From: an uncultured Actinomycetes bacterium
Lineage (GTDB): Bacteria > Actinomycetota > UBA4738 > HRBIN12
Length of the DNA stretch: 64,000 nucleotides
Direction: 5' to 3'
Assembly: GCA_963744515.1 (NCBI GenBank)
Contig: CAVUTN010000009.1
Coordinates: 5,637 to 69,636 of the forward strand
Shown: positions 45,318-57,419 of the stretch, in pieces
Layout of the letters: every line of letters starts with the position of its first letter
Position numbering within the stretch: the first letter of the stretch is position 1
Program-made: the position numbers and the translations under genes
The notes under the pieces: model-generated
What the model was told of the DNA's origin: nothing
The model's input: the letters and a program-made list of their open reading frames with translations, nothing else
The model's database searches: none

Positions 45318-46116
45318 TCAGCCCTTCGGCGGCGGCTCTTCGACCCACCCGGACGGACCCACCCGCCCGAACGGGCGGGCGAAGTGGCTGACCGCGACGG
45401 TCCAGCCCTCGTCTCGTGCCCGGCCGACGAGCCTTACCCGGGACCGGCACGCCTGGTCCGCGTCGACGTCGTGGTTCGAGGGGTGCTCCGGGCGCCGAGA
45501 TCTGGAGCGGCGTGTGCAGGAGATCGCCGGTGAACAGCATCGATCGGCCACCGTCATCGAGCACCACCGACCGGTGGCCGGGCGTGTGCCCGGGCGCATG
45601 CACCACCCGCACGCCCGGCCAGACGCTCGCGGTCCTCGGCCGCCAGGTCGACCATCCCGAGCTCGAACAGCCGCTGCATCGCGCCGCGAGCCCAGTTCGG
45701 GATGGTCCGGCCCCCACCGAACGCGACCAGTCCGCCGGATGCACGACGTGCACGGCGTTCGGGTAGCGGGGCTCGCCGTCCACGACCGAGCCGCCCGCGT
45801 GATCGGCGTGCAGGTGGGTGTGCACCACCATCCGGACCTCGGCCGGATCGACCCCGGCGATCGGGAGCGCCTCCTCGAGCGGGGTGTGCTCGGCCCAGGG
45901 CCGAACGGGCGGGAACGGGCTCACCCCCGCGTCGACCAGCAGCAGGCCGGTGGGCGTTCGGAGCGCGAACGCGTGGACGTGCCAGGGCCACGCATCCTCG
46001 CCGACGAACGCCCACGGGTAGCGATCGCGCTCGGCGTCCCAGTCGACCTCGGCGCCGGGCATCTCGTCGGAGAGCTCGAGCGGCGCGTAGCCCTCGCAGA
46101 CGACCGAGACCTCCAC
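45318..46116 (-). CDS. MBL-fold metallo-hydrolase (frameshifted)
   Basis: THLHADHAG, PGHTPGH, TGDLLH. Confidence 0.85.
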
Positions 46117-46167
46117 GCGTCCGAGCGCGGAAGGGTTCGTGCATCCCGCCTCGACCCTACCGAAGGA

Positions 46168-46761
46168 TCACCCGCCGAGATCGGACGGCGTGTCGACGTC
46201 GAACAGGGTTCGGCGCTCCGGGATCGAGCGCCACCCAGGTCGGCCTCGTCGATCGACGGCGAGCCGGAGCGCGTCGAGCAGGTCGCGGAGCGCCCGCCGG
46301 CCGTCGTGCAGCAGCGCGTGCGCGACCTCGACCGCCCTCGCGGTCCGAACGACGCTCGGCAGCGGCCGGAACCCATCGCCGTCCTGCAGCGCCACGGCCT
46401 CGACGTCGGCCTCCCCCGCCACCTGCAGCATCTCGAGCAGGACCCGGGTCTGCAGGTCCGGCATGTCGCCGCCGGTGACCAGGGCGAACTCGGTCCCGAC
46501 GGCGAGCAGCCCCGCGTGGACCCCGGCGAGCGGACCCTCGCCCTCGGTCGGGTCGCGCGCGAACCGTGCCGGGGCGCCGATCGGCATCGGCGGTTCGGGC
46601 GCGTCGGGAGCCAGGACGACGATCACCTCCGAACACACCTCGCCGAGCCGGAGGACGGCGTGCTGCAGCATCGGCATCCCGCGGTAGGGCTCGGAGAGCT
46701 TGTCGCGGCCGAACCGCGTCGAGCGCCCGCCCGCCAGGACGACGCCCGTGACCTCAGGCAG
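46168..46761 (-). CDS. mobA: Molybdenum cofactor guanylyltransferase
   Basis: GVVLAGGRSTRFGRDK, GPLAG, DMP, DVDTP. Confidence 0.88.
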   Translation of the reverse strand: MPEVTGVVLAGGRSTRFGRDKLSEPYRGMPMLQHAVLRLGEVCSEVIVVLAPDAPEPPMPIGAPARFARDPTEGEGPLAGVHAGLLAVGTEFALVTGGDMPDLQTRVLLEMLQVAGEADVEAVALQDGDGFRPLPSVVRTARAVEVAHALLHDGRRALRDLLDALRLAVDRRGRPGWRSIPERRTLFDVDTPSDLGG

Positions 46762-47743
46762 GCCGGTCCCCCGTCGACGGCTGCCCGGCGGTGTCGGCGT
46801 CCTGCGCCGGCGCGCGGTTCTGCACGAACTGGAACCCGAACCGCCCCTTGATGCACAGGTGGCCGCTCGTCACCTGGTTGTCCGAGGGCGAGGTGACCTT
46901 CACGATCGAGTTGTCCTGCACGTGGACCTCGAGATCGCAGCCGACGCCGCAGTACGGGCAGATCGTCTCGGTCACCGTCTGCTGCGACTCGTCCCAGGTG
47001 CCGGCCTCGCGCATCTCGTGCTCGCTGGTGAACATCAGGGCGCCGGTCGGGCACACGCCGATGCAGTTGCCGCAGTAGACGCACGCCGAATCCGGCAGCC
47101 CGACGTCGAACTCGGTCGAGATCCGCGCGTCGAACCCCCGGCCGGCCACCGAGATCGCGAACGTGTTCTGCGCGTCGACCCCGCAGGCCTCGACGCACTT
47201 GTAGCAGAGGATGCACTTGGAGTAGTCGCGGACGTAGAGCTCGTTGTCCACCTTGACCGGCTGGTGGACGGTCTCGGCCGCCGCGCCGTCCGGCTCGTGG
47301 TGATGACCGGCGTGGCGGGCGTCGCGCTCGCCCGCTGCCGCGGGCTCGGCCGGTGCGCCGTACCGCGCCGGATCGGCGCCGTAGTCGGCCTGCCAGCGCT
47401 CGACGTCGGCACCGGTGAGCCCGACGTCGACGCTCGAGCCGAGGAACTCGAGCACCATCTTGCGCGAGAGCCGGACGCGTTCGGAGTCGGTCTTGACCTT
47501 CATCCCGGCCTCGGCCTTGCGCGCGCACGAGGGCACGAGCACGCGCGAGCCCTCGAGCTCGACCACGCACACCCGGCAGGCGTTGACCGGCGTCAGGTTG
47601 TCGGCGTAACAGAGCGTCGGCGTGTCGACTCCTTCGCCGCGGAGCGCGTCCAGGATCGTCGAGCCCTCGGGGACGCGGACCGGCTTGCCGTCGACCTCGA
47701 GCTCGATCAGGCGGTTGGGCGGCGCGAGCGGGACGACCGTCAT
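46754..47743 (-). CDS. Formate dehydrogenase Fe-S subunit ([2Fe-2S] + 2x[4Fe-4S] + the CxxCxxGC..C cluster normally on the alpha subunit)
   Basis: PTLC...CRVCVV...C, CILCYKCVEAC, CVYCGNCIGVCP, TICPYCGVGC...HLCIKGRFG. Confidence 0.88.
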   Translation of the reverse strand: MTVVPLAPPNRLIELEVDGKPVRVPEGSTILDALRGEGVDTPTLCYADNLTPVNACRVCVVELEGSRVLVPSCARKAEAGMKVKTDSERVRLSRKMVLEFLGSSVDVGLTGADVERWQADYGADPARYGAPAEPAAAGERDARHAGHHHEPDGAAAETVHQPVKVDNELYVRDYSKCILCYKCVEACGVDAQNTFAISVAGRGFDARISTEFDVGLPDSACVYCGNCIGVCPTGALMFTSEHEMREAGTWDESQQTVTETICPYCGVGCDLEVHVQDNSIVKVTSPSDNQVTSGHLCIKGRFGFQFVQNRAPAQDADTAGQPSTGDRPA

Positions 47744-49583
47744 GCGGCACCCCCGTCGAAGATCTTGAGGCGATGGATCGCCGAGTCGACCGCGTTCGCG
47801 GCCAGCTGCCCGAGACCGCAGATCGACGCGTCCCGCATCACCTGACCGATCTCGCCGATCAGCGCGAGCTCGTCGGCGAGCGAGCCGTTCGCGCGACCCT
47901 TGATGACCCGCGCGAGCGCCTCCTCCTGCCGGACGGTTCCCACCCGGCACGGGACGCACTGCCCGCACGACTCGTCGCGGAAGAACGCCGCGATCCGCAG
48001 GACGATGTCGGTCAGGTCCACGTCCTCGTCGAACACCATCACGACCCCCGACCCGAGCGTGACCCCCGCGGCCTTCGAGTCCTCGAACGTGAGCCGCAGG
48101 TCCAGGTCGTCCGACGTCACGAACGATCCCGCCGCGCCGCCGAGCAGGATCGCCTTCAGCGCCTTGCCGCCCCGGACGCCGCCGGCCATCTCGAGCAGCT
48201 CGCGGAGCGTGATGCCGTGCTCCACCTCGTACACGCCGGGGCGTTCGACGCATCCGGAGAGACAGAACAGCCGGGGTCCCGTCGAGTCGGGCGTGCCGAT
48301 CTCCGCGTACGCCTCGCCGCCGAGCGTGAGCACCTCGAGCACGTTCACGAGCGTCTCGACGTTGTTGATCCCGGTGGGCTTGCCGAAGACGCCACGCTCG
48401 ACGGGGAACGGCGGCTTGTTGCGGGGCTCGCCGCGCTTGCCCTCGATCGAGTTGAACAGCGAGGTCTCCTCGCCGCAGATGTAGGCGCCGGCGCCACGCC
48501 GGAGCTCGACGTCGAAGGCGAACCCCTCCCCCATCACGTCGGCCCCGAGGAACCCGTGCGCGTACGCCATCTCGATCGCGTGTTCGAGCCTCGAGGTCGC
48601 GAGCGGGTACTCGCCGCGGATGTAGATGAAGCCCTTCTCGGAACCCGTCGCGTACCCGGCGATCGTGAGCGACTCGAGGACGGCGAACGGGTCGTGCTCC
48701 ATCAGGACCCGGTCCTTGAACGTGCCGGGCTCGGATTCGTCGGCGTTGCAGATGAAGTAGTGCGGTTGGACCGGCTGCTTCGCGACCGCCTCCCACTTCA
48801 CGCCCGCGGGGAACGCGGCGCCGCCCCGCCCCTGGAGCTTCGAGTCCTTGAGCTCGGCGATCACGCCCTCGGGACCGAGCTCGACCGCCCGCCGGAGCGC
48901 CTCGTAGCCACCGTGCGCCCGGTAGTCATCGAGCGACGCCGGGTCGACGACGCCGACCCGGCGGAGCAACCGGAGCTCCTCGCGCGTGCCGTCGGTCTGC
49001 GGCGCGACGTCCACGACCTCCGCGCCGCTCATCATCGTCCAGGGACCGCCGTGCAGGAACGGGTCGAGCCGTTCGATCGAGACCGGGCCGAACGCCACGT
49101 CCCTCGAGCCGGAGCCCTGCAGGAGCGCCGCCGGCGCGCGCTCGCACATCCCGAGGCAGGGGCTCCGAAGGACCTGCTCCGAACCGACCTGCCGGATCAC
49201 CTCGTCGATCAGGCCCTCCGCACCCGCGACCTTGCACGCGATGTCGTCGCACAGGTGCAGGACCGTCGTCGGTCGCGGTTCGACCGAGAACATCGCGTAG
49301 AACGTCGCGACGCCGTAGGCCTCGGCGGGCGGGACCGTGAGGCGCTCGCACGCGTAGCGGAGACCACCGGGACTGATCCAGCCCGCGCTCGACTGCAGCG
49401 CATGCAGGACGGGCAGCAGCAGGTGGCGCTGCTCCCGCGCCTCGTGCCCGCCCCGAGCCACACGCCCGTCCGCCTCGGTCCGCTCACCCACCCGACCATC
49501 CCGAGGTCGCCGCGCCGAGGACCGCGTCGACGGCGGCGCGTTCGTCGTCGCTGGCGAGGTCGTCGGAGCAGGACGAGGTCCAC
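47740..49583 (-). CDS. Fused NuoE/NuoF-like NAD(H)-binding flavoprotein subunit (FdsG/FdsB-like)
   Basis: GVATFY, CDDIAC, CLGMC, GRGGAAFP, CNADESEPG, GAGAYICGEET, ESCGQCVPCRVG. Confidence 0.9.
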
Positions 49584-49590
49584 GGCGGCG

Positions 49591-51509
49591 CTACGCCCCC
49601 ACCGACTCGGAGATCTTCTCGATCCGGACCGCGGTCGCCTTGAACTCGGCGGTCCCGGACTTCGGGTCGGTGGCGTCGATCGTGAGGATGTTCGTGTCGA
49701 CCTGGTCGGGGAAGTGCAGCGTCATGAACACGAGACCCGGACGGAGGCCCCGGTCGACCCGCGCCGGGACCTCGAGCGAACCCCTCCGTGAGGTCACGAG
49801 GACGACCTCACCCTCCGCCACGCCGAGCCGATCGGCGTCCTCGGGGGAGAGGTCGATCGTCTCGCCGCGTCGCAGCGGCGACGTGTACCCGCCGGTCTGG
49901 ACACCGGTGTTGTACGAGTCGAGCCGGCGGCCGGTCGTCAGGCGGAGCGGGAACTCCTCGGTCAGCTCGTCCACCGGGGGCTCGAACGGCGTCACGCTGA
50001 ACGGCGCCTTGGGGCCGCGCTTGTCCCGCTCCTCCTCCCACAGCCGGGCGTGCAGGAACAACGTCCCCTCGTGCTCCTCGTCGTAGCACGGCCACTGGAT
50101 CCCCTCGAGCGCCTCGAGGCGTTCGTAGGTCATCCCGGCGTGCATCGGCGAGACCGCCCGGAGCTCGTCCCAGGCCGAGCGCGGCGTGACCTCGCCCCAG
50201 TCCCGCCCGAGCCGCTTCGCGAGCTGCGCGATGATCCAGATGTCGTCCTTCGCCTCGCCCGGCGGTTCGAGCACCTTGCGGACGCGCTGGACCCGCCGCT
50301 CGCTGTTGGTGACCGTGCCCTCGGACTCGAACGCCGAGTTGGACGCCGGGCAGGACGACGTCGGCCATCTTCGCGGTCTTCGTCATGAACAGGTCCTGGA
50401 CGATGAGCGTGTCGAGGTTCCCCATGAGCTTGCGCGCGCGGCCGACGTCGGCCTCCGAGGAGGCCGGGTTCTCGCCGATCACGTAGAGCGCGGTCAGCAC
50501 CCCGTGCTCCATCCCGTCGAACATCTGCGTCAGGTTCCGGCCGTACTTGCGGATCGACCGGGACGCCGCACACCTGCTCGTACCGCGCGCAGGCCTCGGG
50601 GTCGTTCTCGATGTCCTGGAACCCCGGCAGCTTGTTCGGGATCGCGCCCATGTCGCCGCCGCCCTGCACGTTGTTCTGACCGCGGAGCGGGTTCAGGCCG
50701 CTCCCGTACCGCCCCACGTGCCCGCAGAGCAGCCCGAGGTTGATCAGGGCCAGCACGTTGTCGGTCGCGTTGTGGTGTTCGGTGATGCCGAGGGTCCAGC
50801 AGATCTCGGCCCGGTCGGCCTTCGCGTAGGTGTGCGCGAACTCGCGGATCACCTCGGCGGGGATCCCGGTCGCCTGCTCGCCGCGCTCCAGGGTCCACTC
50901 CATCACCGAGTCCCGGTAGGCGCGGAACCGCATCGTCGCTCGCTTGACGAACGTCTCGTTCACGAGGTCCGAGACGATGATCTCGCGCGCCATCGTGTTC
51001 GACAGCGCGATGTCCGAACCCACGTCGATCCCGAGCCACAGGTCGGCCCACTGGGCCGAGGTCGTCCGACGCGGGTCGACGACGACGAGCCGGGCGCCCT
51101 TGCGGATCCCCTTGAGCACGTGATGGAAGAAGATCGGATGCGTCTCGCGCGCATTCGACCCCCACAGCACGATGAGATCGGTGTTCTCGATCTCCTCGTA
51201 CGAACTGGTTCCCCCACCTGCTCCGAACACCGTCGCCAGACCGACGACCGAAGGAGCGTGTCAGGTGCGGTTGCAGCTGTCGATGTTGTTGCTGCGAAGG
51301 ACCGTCCGCATGAACTTCTGCGCGACGAAGTTCATCTCGTTGGTGGCCTTCGAGCAGCTGAACAGGCCGACCCCTTCACCGGCGTTCCGCTCGGTGGCCG
51401 CCCGCAGACCCGCCGCTGCCCGATCGAGGGCCTCGTCCCAGGTCGCCGTTCGCAGGCCGCCGTTGTCGCGGACCATCGGCTCGGTGAGCCGCGTGAGCCC
51501 GTTCTTCAT
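49591..51509 (-). CDS. fdhF: Selenocysteine-containing Mo/W-bisPGD formate dehydrogenase catalytic subunit
   Basis: ATWDEAL, NNIDSCNRT-(TGA 51263-51261)-HAPSVVGL in frame, WGSNARETHP, LRGQNNVQGGGDMG, LTTGRRL, TAEFKATAV. Confidence 0.88.
51232..51263 (-). promoter_or_regulatory. UGA Sec codon plus bacterial SECIS hairpin
   Basis: TGA CAC GCT CCT TCG, then GTCGTC-GGTCT-GGCGAC, a hairpin 12 nt after the UGA. Spacing and loop match the E. coli fdhF SECIS. Confidence 0.8.
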
Positions 51510-51574
51510 CGAGGCGTGCTCCTTTCGCTCGGCTCCGAGACCGATTGTATGCCCCGGTTCGGGGGTCGGCCCCC

Positions 51575-52416
51575 TCAGGCGGGGACGCGCTCGGCGTGGC
51601 TGTAGACGTTCGCGCGCCCGTCGCGGACGAACCCGACCAGCGTCATCCCGAACCGCTCGGCGGCCTCGACCGCGAGCGAGGAGGGTGCGCTCACCGCGCT
51701 GACGATCGGGATGCCGGCCACCGCCGCCTTCTGGACGATCTCGAACGACGCCCGCCCGCTCACCTGCAGGATCGTCCCGTCCGCCGGGAGGCGGCCGGCC
51801 AGGTAGCGCTCGCCCACCACCTTGTCGACCGCGTTGTGGCGCCCGACGTCCTCACGGACCGCGAGCGGCGTGCCCGCCGGGTCGAACAGTCCCGCCGCGT
51901 GGAGCCCGCCGGTCCGCTCGAACACCGCCTGCGCCTCTCGGAGCCGGTCGGGCAGGGAGACCAGCGAGCGCCGAGATCGACCTCGGGCCCGGGAGCGACG
52001 GGCTCGCACCGGACCTCGATGTCCTCGAGCGCGGCCTTGCCGCAGACCCCGCAGGAGGAGTTCGCGTAGAAGTTCCGCCGGAGCCGCTCGGCGTCGAACG
52101 GCCGCTCGAGCGTGACCGAGACCACGTTGTAGCGCTGGTCCTCGCCGGGCAGGTTGTCGCAGTAGGCGACGCGCTTCACGTCGCCGGGTGCGATCAGGCC
52201 CTCGGTGAACAGGAACCCGACGGCGAGCTCGAAGTCGCCCCCGGGCGTTCGCATCGTCACCGCCACCTGCGCCTGTTCCTGGCCGGGGCCCTGCACGCGG
52301 ATCTCGAGCGGCTCCTCGGTGGCCAGGCTGTCGGTGCGCTCGGACCGGACACCGTCGTTCACGGCCACGACCCGGGCGCGGGTGGAGCTGTGCCGGATCG
52401 GTTCGGTGACGGTCAC
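51575..52416 (-). CDS. fdhD: Formate dehydrogenase sulfurtransferase FdhD (frameshift ~51970)
   Basis: [46 protein letters not shown]. Confidence 0.93.
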
Positions 52417-52470
52417 CGCTCCAGTATCCGACCGGAGACCGCGTCGGTCCATGTCTCCAGGGAGCGGGCC

Positions 52471-53684
52471 TCAGTGGGAGACGGCCGCGGCGGCGATCTC
52501 GGAGACGAGCTCGCGCTTCCAGAACCGGTCGAGCGCGAACGGCGCGATCAGCTCGGGCACCGTGCCCGTGTGGACCAGATCGGCCATGGTCACGCCGACG
52601 ATCGGCGTGGCCTTGAACCCGTAGGTCCCCCACCCGCCGTCGATCAGGAACCCCTCGACCTCGGTCTTCCCCATGATCGGCGAGTAGTCGGGCGAGACGT
52701 CGCACAGACCGCCCCACGCCCGCATCACCTTGACCCGCGACAGGAACGGGAGGAGCTCCAGCGTGTGCTCCGCGGTGACCTCGAGGAAGTTCAGCGTCGA
52801 GTCCTGCGAGTACGACGAGTACGGCTCGATCTCCGAGCCGACCAGCACCTCGCCGCGGTCGGTCTGCGAGACGTAGACGTGCAACGTCGCCGAGACCAAG
52901 ATCGCGTGCAGGAACGGCTTGAGCGGCTCGGTCACGAACGCCTGCAGCGGATGGGTCGTGATCGGGACGCGGATCCCGGCCATCCGCGCGATCTCCGAGG
53001 TCCACCCGGCGACCGCCGAGACGACCACGGGTGCCGACACCTCCCCCGCGGACGTCGACACGCCGGTGACCCTGCCGCCGTCGACGTTCACGCCCGTGAC
53101 CTCGACGCCCTGATGGATCTCGACGCCCATCCGGTCCGCCTGCCGCGCGTACGCCCACACCACGGCGTCGTGGCGGATCACCCCGCCCGGCGGGTGGTAC
53201 AGCGCCGCCATGATCGGGAACGCCGGACGGTCCGAGAGGTCGAGCTGCGGACAGAGCGTGCGGATCTCGTCCGGGTAGATCACGCGCGAGTCGACGCCGA
53301 GCAGCCGGTTCACCTCGGCGCGCTCGTGCGCGACGTTCACCGCTCGCTCGGCGTGGGCGAGCGTCAGGTGCCCTGCTGCGAGAACAGGAGGTTGTAGTCG
53401 AGCTCCTGCGCGAGGTGCTCGTACAGCTTCAGCGCCTCCTTGTAGAAGGCGACACCCTCGGGCGTTCGGTAGTTGGCGCGGATGATCGTGGTGTTGCGGC
53501 CCGAGCCACCGGCGCCGATGTAGCTCTTCTCCAGGATCGCGACCTTCGTGATGCCCCGCTTCGCGAGCTCGTAGGCGATCGCGAGACCGTGGGCGCCGCC
53601 GCCGACGATCACGACGTCGTAGGTCGGCTTTAGGTCGTGGCGGCGCCACATCGTCCACGGCTGGAAGTACCGGATCGGATGCAT
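52471..53684 (-). CDS. soxB: Heterotetrameric sarcosine oxidase-like beta subunit (FAD; frameshift ~53370)
   Basis: [53 protein letters not shown]-terminus. Confidence 0.85.
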
Positions 53685-53686
53685 CG

Positions 53687-54321
53687 CTACGACCACCCCT
53701 CCGCGCGGAGCGCGCGCCAGCCGACCGGACGCCCCGCCCGTCCGCCGCACGGCGTCGAGCACCGTCTCCCAGGCGTAGCGCGCGAACTCGGCCGCGACGT
53801 AGGCCTCGAGCACCGGGACCTCGAGGTCGCGCCGGGCCACCACCGCTCGGACGTCGGCGATCGGCGCGCCCGGTCGCCTCGCCGGCCGCGAGCGAGGCGG
53901 GGTCCCACGACGTGAGCCGGGCGAGCACCTCGTTCAGCGCAGGTCCCGGCGAGCGCGAACCCGACGAACAGATGCGTCACGTCGGTCACCATCGCGCCGT
54001 CGCCGGCCGCCGAGCCGAGCTTCGGGACCAGGACCTCCTCGCCACCGGGTTCGGCCAGCAGGAGCGCCCAGTCGTCGGCGATCCGAGCGGTGAGGACGTC
54101 GCCCGCCGCGGACAGGGCGCCGTCGAGCGAACCACGGACGTCGATCTTGCCGCGCGCCGTCACGTCGGCGAGCCGCGACGCCGCTCCCGCAGGCGCGCGC
54201 GTTCGGTCGGCCTCGTCGCCGTAGTGCGCGACGAGCTCCCAGCCCGCCTCGCGGTCCGACGACGGCGCCGAGGTCCGCGTGCGATCCGCGCGAGCGGCGA
54301 GCGGCGGATCGGCTCGTTCAC
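53687..54321 (-). CDS. soxG: Sarcosine oxidase-like gamma subunit (frameshifted)
   Basis: RRSPL, ADVTARGKIDVRG, VTDVTH, YAWETVLDA; located within the operon. Confidence 0.7.
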
Positions 54322-57114
54322 GACCGGAGCCTCGCGCCCTCGGGGTCGTAGAACGGCCGCATCGCGACGGTCGCGTTCGCGCGGTGCCGGCCGAACTGGA
54401 TCTCGAACGGCGTCCCGTCGCTCGCCCAGCCCGCGGGCACCCAGGCGAGGCCGACGATGCTCCCGGCCGCGGCGCTCGCGCGGGCCGAGGTGACGCGGCC
54501 GACCCAGATGCCGTCGTGGACCACGCTCGCGCCCTCGGGCGGCACCCACGGTCCCCGAACACGTGAAGCCGACGAGCCGCTCGCCCGGCGCCTCGGCGTC
54601 GAGGCCCTCGAGCCCCCGCTTGCCGAGGAAGTCGTCCTTGTCCGCCTTGACCGTCCAGCCGAGACCCGCCTCGAACGGGTCGGACTCGGCGTCGGTGTCC
54701 TGCCCGACGAGGATGTGCTGCTTCTCCAGGCGGAGGATCCGCTGCGCCTCCAGCCCGAACGGCCGGATCCCGTGCGGCTCGCCGGCGGCCATCACCTCGT
54801 CCCAGACGTGCTCGCCGACCATCGAGGGCACGTGGATCTCGTACCCGAGCTCGCCGACGAACCCGATCCGCAGCACGAGCGCCGGCACGCCGGCGACGTC
54901 CATCGTGCGTCGCCGACAGGTAGGGCACCGCCTCGCCCGAGACGTCGGCGTCGGTGAGCGAACGCATCACGTCGCGCGACGCCGGGCCCGCGAGGTTCAC
55001 CGCCGCGTACGCGCCCGTGAGGTTCAGGACGCGGACGTCGAGGCCCCAGTCGGCGTTCCACCACGTGATCCACCGTTCGAGCGCCGCCGTGTTCCCCGTG
55101 GTGACGGTGACGAAGAACTCGTCGTCGCCGAGCCGGGCGACGGTCCCGTCGTCCACGATCACGCCCTCGTCGTTCAGCATCACGCCGTAGCGGATCCGGC
55201 CGATCGGCGAGGTCGGCGAACCGGCTCGGGTAGAGGCGCTCGAGCAGGGTCACGGCCTCCGGTCCCTTGACGCGGAACTTGCCGAGCGTGCTCACGTCGA
55301 TCACGCCGACGCGCGTCCGAACGGCCTCGACCTCGTCCTCCGGCGACGTGTAGTGGTGGGGCCGGCGCCAGTCGCCCGCCCACATGAACGTGGCGCCGGC
55401 GTCGACGTGCCGGTCGTGGATCGTCGTCTCCTTGCGCGGGTTCCGGCGCCACCCCGCGAGCGTCCCGAGCTCCACCGGGGTCCACGGCGGGCGGGCGGTC
55501 GTCGGGCGCGTCTGCGAGAAGGACGAGCCGGTCGCCCGCGAGCACAAGCGCTGCGAGGCCATCATGCAGGCCTTGCCCTGGCACGGACCCATCGTGATCG
55601 TCGTGTACCGCTTGAGGAGCTCCATCGAGTCGAACCCCTCGGTGACGGCGGTCTTCAGCTCCTTGTTCGTCACGTCCATGCACAGGCAGGCGAACTGCTT
55701 GCCGTGGCCGGCGCCGACCTCCGGCGGCAGGACGACGGGGTCCCCTTCGGCCGCGGCGTCGGCGCGGAGGCGCTCGATCCGTTCGTCGGCGTCGGGCGGA
55801 GCGAGCCCCAGCGCCATCCCCGCCTCGAGCCCCGCGAGCCGGCCCTGCGCGATCGCGCCTTCGAGCGAGCGAGCGCCGGCGACCGCGCCCGCGGCGTGGA
55901 CGTTCGGCGGGCAGGTGCGTGGGCAGGAACGCCTGCGCCGCCTCGTCGAACGCGAGCTCGGCGCCGGTCATCGCGAGCAGGTTCGTCGAGGGGACCTGGA
56001 ACCCCGCGAGGACGACGAGGTCGCAGGGGATCGTTCGGCCTCCCTCCTCGCCCGGGACCCCGACCACGACCTCGCGGACGCGGCGGCGCCCCTCCGCGGC
56101 CACGATCGTGGAGCCCGCGATGACCGCGAGCCCGTCGATCGGGCGCGCGTCGGGCCGCAGGTCGACGACCGTCACGTCGGCGCCCGCGGCGCGGAGCGTA
56201 CGAGCGGTCTCGTAGCCCCTTCGCGCTCGAGGTGAGGACCACGGCGCGCCGCCCCGGGAGCACGCGGTAGCGGTCCACCAACAGGTCCGACGGCGGACGA
56301 GAGCATCACGCCGGGCAGGTCGTTGTTCGGGAACACCGCGGCCTGCTCGACCGCGCCGGTCGCGAACACCAGGTGCCGCGCCCGGATCCGGTAGAGGCGA
56401 TCGCCGTTCGCGGCCGCGATCAGCGGCCCCCCGAACACCCCGAACGCCGGCGTCCCCTCGATGATCCTCGCGCCGGCGGCCTCGGCCTCCGCCGCCAGCT
56501 CGGCGCGCATCGACCCCGACCTCGGCGCGTTCCTCGAGCACCAACGTCGAGGCACCCGCACTCGCGGCCTCGGCCGCCGCCGCGAGACCGGCCGGGCCGG
56601 CGCCGATCACCAGGACGTCGGCGTGGAGGTTGTGGACCTCGCGCGGCTCGTGGTCCGCGTCCTTCGGCGCCTTGCCGAGCCCGGCCTTCGAGCGGATGAA
56701 CGGTTCGACCGTCTTCCACGCCCACCGCGGCCGGTGGAAGATCTTGTAGTAGAAGCCCGGCGGCATCATGAACGAGAACGTGTTGAGCCATCCGTGGATG
56801 TCGTGGTCCACGCTCGGCCACGCGTTCTGGCGTTCGACGCGCATCCCGTCGCGGACGGGCTCGGTGCACGAGCGGACGTTCGGGATCCCGTCGACCTGCA
56901 TCAGGCAGTTCGGACATGCCCCCGTCATGCAGAACAGGCCGCGCGCCCGGTGGTACTTGAACGAGCGACCGGTGATCGAGACGCCCGCGGCCGCCAGCGC
57001 CGAACCGATCGTGTCGCCCTCGAACGCGTCGACCGTGCGACCGTCGAACTCGAACGAGACCGGCCGGTCGCGCCGGATGGCCTCGCCGGGACGCGGGGGG
57101 AGCCGTTCGGTCAC
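54318..57114 (-). CDS. soxA: Sarcosine oxidase-like alpha subunit (2Fe-2S/NAD-binding plus GcvT domain; frameshifted)
   Basis: GDTIGSAL, RSFKYHRARG, KRYTTITMGPCQG, TTARPP, DVSTLGK, RIGFVGELGYEI, PFYDPEG. Confidence 0.88.
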
Positions 57115-57419
57115 GCGGTCGAGGCCCCGTCGAGGGACTCGTCGCCGCCGGACGGCTCGCCGTCTCCCTCACCCGGCCAGAACGTCCGCCGGACCTCGTT
57201 CGTCCCCGTGTGCCGTTCGGCGAGGAACCACCTCCGGCACCCGTCGCGATGCAGCCACCATTCGGTCTGCCAGCCGTTGACGTTCTCGCGGAAGAAGAGG
57301 TAGCCCGCCAGGTCGCGATCGGATGCGTCCGGGCCGGCCCGGCGGGTGCGTTCGCCGCCGTAGGAGAACTCGAGCGCCTCCCGCGGGCCGCAGTTCGGAC
57401 AGTCGATGAGGAAGGTCAC
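57111..57419 (-). CDS. soxD: Sarcosine oxidase-like delta subunit (Zn-binding)
   Basis: IDCPNCGPR..EFSYGGE, EWWLHRDGCRRWF..RHT.TNE. Confidence 0.88.
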   Translation of the reverse strand: MTFLIDCPNCGPREALEFSYGGERTRRAGPDASDRDLAGYLFFRENVNGWQTEWWLHRDGCRRWFLAERHTGTNEVRRTFWPGEGDGEPSGGDESLDGASTA

